From Candidatus Latescibacterota bacterium (GTDB lineage: Bacteria; Latescibacterota; UBA2968), in assembly GCA_965204745.1 (NCBI GenBank), contig OZ242010.1:1920001-1984000 (forward strand): DNA of 64,000 nt. Reading direction: 5' to 3'. A program made the position numbers and the translations under genes. Of this stretch, positions 59,747-64,000 are shown piece by piece. How positions within the stretch are numbered: the first letter of the stretch is position 1; the number at the start of each line of letters is the position of its first letter. The notes beneath the pieces are model-generated. The model searched no databases. It was given only the letters and a program-made list of their open reading frames with translations, and was not told the origin of the DNA.

Positions 59747-60550
59747 ATGGTATCGGGTGGAGATTTTGTCGATTTGTTGCGGCAAACGGGCTATCGGTTC
59801 CCGGGCGAGCAGTTGGGCGATGCCGCAGGGGATCGCGCCTTGCCTTTTGAGCCGACAGAGGGCACGACCATTTTGGCGTTTCAATACGCCGATGGGGTGC
59901 TCGTTGCGGGGGATCGGCGCGCGACCGCAGGCAATATGGTGCTTTACGACCGTGCGGATAAGGTGATCGATTTGGATGCGTATTCGGTGATGGCGATTTC
60001 CGGGTCCCCGTCTGTGGCATTTGAGATCGCGCGCATTTTGGAGCACGCGTTTCAGTATTATCGCCGCCGCTTGCTCCAAGAGATGAGTTTGCAGGCCAAG
60101 TTGCGCCGGCTGTCGCTGTTGATCAAAGACAACTTGCCCCTGGCCATGCAGGGCATCGGCGCGGTGATTCCGGTGTTTGCGACGTATGACCTGCGGGATG
60201 CGCGAGGAAAAATTTACTTTTACGACGCGTTGGGCGCGCAGTTTGAAAGCGCGGATTTTACGACTACGGGATCGGGTTCGCCTGCGATTCGCGGGGCGAT
60301 GTACTATCTCAATCGCTGGAGTGGTCGGCGGTTTGTGGAAATGGATCGGGAGACAGCGATTGGGCACGCCTTGCAGCTTTTGGATACGGCGTCTGAGTAC
60401 GATTCGGCCACCGGGCGATACGAGCGGGCCGCGGATATTTTTCCGTCTGTCAAGACGATTACCGCGGCTGGGTTGGCAGAGGTCGAGACCGAAGAGTTGC
60501 GGCGGCTTTACGCGCAATACGTCGATGGAGAGGAGGCGAGACGCGCATGA
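59747..60550 (+). CDS. prcB: 20S proteasome beta subunit
   Basis: Propeptide EG|TTILA, AGDRRAT.GN, GSGS. Confidence 0.92.
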   Translation: MVSGGDFVDLLRQTGYRFPGEQLGDAAGDRALPFEPTEGTTILAFQYADGVLVAGDRRATAGNMVLYDRADKVIDLDAYSVMAISGSPSVAFEIARILEHAFQYYRRRLLQEMSLQAKLRRLSLLIKDNLPLAMQGIGAVIPVFATYDLRDARGKIYFYDALGAQFESADFTTTGSGSPAIRGAMYYLNRWSGRRFVEMDRETAIGHALQLLDTASEYDSATGRYERAADIFPSVKTITAAGLAEVETEELRRLYAQYVDGEEARRA

Positions 60551-61341
60551 TGTGGTCGGACGAACCGTATCGCTGGGCCGAGGCGGTTGCCAATCGGCGG
60601 GAGTACATCGAGGATCAAATCCGGCCGGGCAGCCCGGTGGTGGGCGTGGGCTATGACGATGGCATTTTGTTGCTGACCCTGTCGCAGAGTCAGCAAAAAT
60701 TGTTTGAGGTGTACGATTGCATCGGGCTTGCGGGCATTGGGCATTCCACGGATATCGAGAAGCTCCGGCAGGCGGCGATTGATATGGCGCACGCGATTGG
60801 GTTTAATTATTCCGCAGACGATGTGACGCTGCGTCAAATTGTGTACTTTGGCTTGGGCCCCGCGATGAAGGCGGGTTTTGACGATGTGGTGCGGTCGCCA
60901 TTTTTGGCGCGCGTGCTCCTCGCCGAGTTGGATGGGCAAGAAGGCGCGCAGGTGTTTTATACGGTGGATTACGATGGCGCGTTTCACCGGCGCGAAAAAT
61001 GGGCTGTTTTGGGCGGCGTTGCCGAGGCCGATTTGATGATGGAACGCGCGTTTTCAGAGTTGGATACGGCGTCCTCGCCCCTCACAGATGCTGCGGATGT
61101 CGCCCTTCGCGCTTGGGCCATGGGGCGATGGGTGGGAACGATAGAGGAGGTGCCGGACGATGTCGCGGAGCTCGAGGAGATGGCAACGTCCGTGGATGTG
61201 GATGAGGTGCTCGAGGCCGAGTTGAAAAATTTAGAGGTGGAGGCGGTGGTGCTCGAGCGGTCCCTGATAAAAAAAAACAAATACCGCAATTTGGATGCCG
61301 ATGAAATCGCGGCCACGCTGGCGCGGTTCAAGGCGGATTGA
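60547..61341 (+). CDS. prcA: 20S proteasome alpha subunit
   Basis: Ntn-fold features without Thr1, KLFEVYD.IG..GIG; position after prcB. Confidence 0.85.
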   Translation: MMWSDEPYRWAEAVANRREYIEDQIRPGSPVVGVGYDDGILLLTLSQSQQKLFEVYDCIGLAGIGHSTDIEKLRQAAIDMAHAIGFNYSADDVTLRQIVYFGLGPAMKAGFDDVVRSPFLARVLLAELDGQEGAQVFYTVDYDGAFHRREKWAVLGGVAEADLMMERAFSELDTASSPLTDAADVALRAWAMGRWVGTIEEVPDDVAELEEMATSVDVDEVLEAELKNLEVEAVVLERSLIKKNKYRNLDADEIAATLARFKAD

Positions 61342-61348
61342 GGATTGC

Positions 61349-62806
61349 ATGAGAGATCGCATTTTTGGTTTGGAGACCGAGTACGGGTGTTTGGCACCCG
61401 AACGCGATGGCTTTGTGAGTCCAGACGCGATTTCGGTCAAGGTGAAGGATCACATTTTTTTTGTGGATCGAATCGGGATTGTGGATATCCACTATCGCGG
61501 GCGAGACGAACCCCCGGGCAATGGGGGTTTTCTCTTGAATGCCGGGCGCGTGTATATCGACATGGGGCATTTGGAATACGCCACCCCCGAATGCGCGGGC
61601 CTGTGGGATATCGTGGCGTTTGATCGGGCCGGGGATCTCATTTTCCACCGGGCATTGCAGGCACTCGGCTCGGGCAAGGAAGCGTCGTTTTTGAAGAATA
61701 ACATCGATCACTATACGGGGGCGACATTTGGCTGCCATGAAAATTACCTGATTCGGCGCCATGTGCCATTTTCCACGGTGGTGATTCCCGCGCTGTTGCC
61801 GTTTTTGGTGACGCGCCAAATTTTTTGCGGCGCGGGTCGCGTGGGCAGTTATGACGACAGTTTTTATTATTACGGCCGCGATGCGCGAGATACTGCGGAG
61901 AGAGAAGACCCGGTGACTTTTCAGATTTCCCAACGTGCGGATCACATCGTGACGGAGATCTATCAGTGGATTCAGTTTTCGCGTGCGATTATCAATACGC
62001 GGGATGAGCCGCTAGCCGATCACAGCAAGTATCGCCGGTTGCACCTTTTGGTGGGCGATTCAAATATGTCGGAGTATGCCACGGCATTGAAAATTGGTAC
62101 GACTGCGATGGTGCTCAATCTGTTGGAGCGAAAGATTTTTCCGCACGATCTCAGCTTGGGGGATCCGGTGTGGGCACTCAAAGAGATTTCGCGCGATCCA
62201 ACGCACAAATGGTTGCTGTACCGGTACAATGGCCGAAGCATTTCGGCGATTGATATCCAGCGCGAGTATTTGGCCTTGGCGCAACGCCACTTGAGGGGGC
62301 TGGATGCAGAGTCGGATTGGGTGCTCGATGCGTGGGAGCGCACGCTCGATGATTTGGAGGCCGATCCCATGCAACTGTCGGATCGGTTGGACTGGGTGGC
62401 GAAGAAGTGGTTGCTGAATGCGTTCCGCGAATCGGAAAATTTGAGTTGGAATGATCCGTGGTTGCAGAGTTTGGATTTGGAATACCACAATATCGATCCC
62501 AATCGCGGGTTGTATTTCGATCTGGAGCAACAGGGCAGGATGCAGCGCGTGTTGACCGATGATCAAATTGAACGCGCCTGCCTGACGCCTCCAATAGATA
62601 CGCGGGCAAAAGCGCGAGCCGCACTGGTGAAGACGCTGTCGGAGAACCGGATGCGGTACATTGTGGATTGGGATTCGGTGTATTTGGAAAATGAACACCA
62701 CTTGAATCTGCGCGATCCGTTTTGCACGTACGACGAGGAAGTCGCAGAGCTTTCTCGGGAGATCAAAGTCGAATCGCGGACAATTGATGCGAGGCGGAGG
62801 CGGTGA
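61349..62806 (+). CDS. pafA: Pup/UBact ligase PafA-like
   Basis: [41 protein letters not shown]. Confidence 0.87.
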   Translation: MRDRIFGLETEYGCLAPERDGFVSPDAISVKVKDHIFFVDRIGIVDIHYRGRDEPPGNGGFLLNAGRVYIDMGHLEYATPECAGLWDIVAFDRAGDLIFHRALQALGSGKEASFLKNNIDHYTGATFGCHENYLIRRHVPFSTVVIPALLPFLVTRQIFCGAGRVGSYDDSFYYYGRDARDTAEREDPVTFQISQRADHIVTEIYQWIQFSRAIINTRDEPLADHSKYRRLHLLVGDSNMSEYATALKIGTTAMVLNLLERKIFPHDLSLGDPVWALKEISRDPTHKWLLYRYNGRSISAIDIQREYLALAQRHLRGLDAESDWVLDAWERTLDDLEADPMQLSDRLDWVAKKWLLNAFRESENLSWNDPWLQSLDLEYHNIDPNRGLYFDLEQQGRMQRVLTDDQIERACLTPPIDTRAKARAALVKTLSENRMRYIVDWDSVYLENEHHLNLRDPFCTYDEEVAELSREIKVESRTIDARRRR

Positions 62807-63087
62807 GAGGTGAGAGGTGAGAGGTGAGAGGTGAGAGGTGAGAGGTGAGAGGTGAGAGGTGAGAGGTGAGAGGTGAGAGGTGAGAGGTGAGAGGTGAGAG
62901 GTGAGAGGTGAGAGGTGAGAGGTGAGAGGTGAGAGGTGAGAGGTGAGAGGTGAGAGGTGAGAGGTGAGAGGTGAGAGGTGAGAGGTGAGAGGTGAGAGGT
63001 GAGAGGTGAGAGGTGAGAGGTGAGAGGTGAGGCAAGAGGTGAGAGGCAAGAGGTGAGAGGCGAGAGGCGAGAGGCGAGAGGCGAGAT
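62804..63087 (+). repeat. Heptamer array (TGAGAGG)x32 followed by variants
   Basis: Perfect from 62804 to 63027, starting at the pafA TGA stop. Confidence 0.97.
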
Positions 63088-63088
63088 C

Positions 63089-63114
63089 GTAGGGGCGCGG
63101 CCCCAGTGTCGCCC
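63089..63114 (+). repeat. GTAG-type REP
   Basis: GTAGGGGCGCGGCCCCAGTGTCGCCC. Confidence 0.7.
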
Positions 63115-63140
63115 ACAAGATACAAGAGGAGAGGCGCAAT

Positions 63141-64000
63141 ATGGACAATTGGGTAACTCGTGAAAGAGCAGAGAAATTACTTGCCGAAGCCGGCATAATA
63201 GGTCACTTAAAGAACATAGGGCGTGGTCCCCTACCTTGGATAGGTCTCATTGGCACTATTGCTTCTATTGTTAGTCTTGGGCTTGATCTCTTTCCTCAAT
63301 GGGCAATCATCTTTGCCGTTGTTATTTGTTCTACTTTTATCGCAACTGGATTTTGGCACTATCGTAACAGGAAGAACCGTGCAGAAGAGATCCTGTTTGG
63401 TCACATCACTGCGACAGAACATCTCGTATCTTCCTTCACATATATTCACCAACTTATTCACGATACGCGCAATTCTTTTTTGCTCGAAAATTTTCAAGAC
63501 GCTCGCAAGAGTGATGAAAGCTATGATATATTTTGGGCATTGGTCATTGTGAAAGCAATCAACAACATTCAATATATGATTACAGAAGCTATTGGCATGT
63601 CTTGTTATGTCAATCTGATGATCCCTTCAAGAGATGATTCAAACTTATTGGTGTCCTCTTGGTGGTCGGAAAATACCCCTTCTGAACGAAAAGAGAAATT
63701 TCCTCCAACTCAAATACCTATAGGCCACGGGATCGCAGGCAAGGCTTTTGCAGAGATGAAGGTATATGTTGTTGGAAATGTGCAAAATTTTCCCGGTTTT
63801 GTACCAAGAGGTGGAGATGAGCCTTATACCAGTGTGATTTCTTGTCCATTTCGAGTACAAGGGAAACCCGCAGGCGTCTTAAATATAGATTGTAAAGATG
63901 AAAACGCATTTGAACCTGAAGAGATTAAGTTTTTGGTTCAAGCTACCGCTGATACTCTAGCACTGATTTTGCAGATGCAAGAATACGAGCAGTCTTTATT
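63141..64000 (+). CDS. Low-GC 2TM + GAF-domain protein, runs off the window
   Basis: Manually translated open frame MDNWVTRER..; two hydrophobic segments; [24 protein letters not shown]. Confidence 0.75.
   Translation, partial: MDNWVTRERAEKLLAEAGIIGHLKNIGRGPLPWIGLIGTIASIVSLGLDLFPQWAIIFAVVICSTFIATGFWHYRNRKNRAEEILFGHITATEHLVSSFTYIHQLIHDTRNSFLLENFQDARKSDESYDIFWALVIVKAINNIQYMITEAIGMSCYVNLMIPSRDDSNLLVSSWWSENTPSERKEKFPPTQIPIGHGIAGKAFAEMKVYVVGNVQNFPGFVPRGGDEPYTSVISCPFRVQGKPAGVLNIDCKDENAFEPEEIKFLVQATADTLALILQMQEYEQSL

Overview
GC-rich bacterial chromosomal segment, probably Latescibacterota/Handelsmanbacteria-like. This is inferred from FlgD/T9SS-type C-terminal tails, a UBact-proteasome operon and several sulfatases. 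Core genes: two sulfatases plus FGE, a GH2, a xanthine-dehydrogenase-family operon, hpt, murA-cca, TPR-sigma54-comF, ispE-rplY-pth-hppA-rpsF-rpsR-rplI, and arc-dop-ubact-prcB-prcA-pafA. Accessory content: (1) two near-identical IS110 copies whose noncoding leader holds a readable bridge RNA (CT core, donor and target guides) programmed against the genome's heptamer repeat family; (2) an IS5 element and a non-autonomous element with the same ends; (3) intergenic mosaics of several REP/heptamer repeat families, including long heptamer arrays that begin at stop codons; (4) a secreted tandem-SAM plus six-repeat protein; (5) an ABC-ATPase/TOPRIM-like pair; (6) two giant modular surface proteins behind a perfect sigma70 promoter; (7) a low-GC 2TM-GAF gene running off the end. 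No rRNA, tRNA or CRISPR was seen. All calls come from reading motifs by eye; no searches were run.
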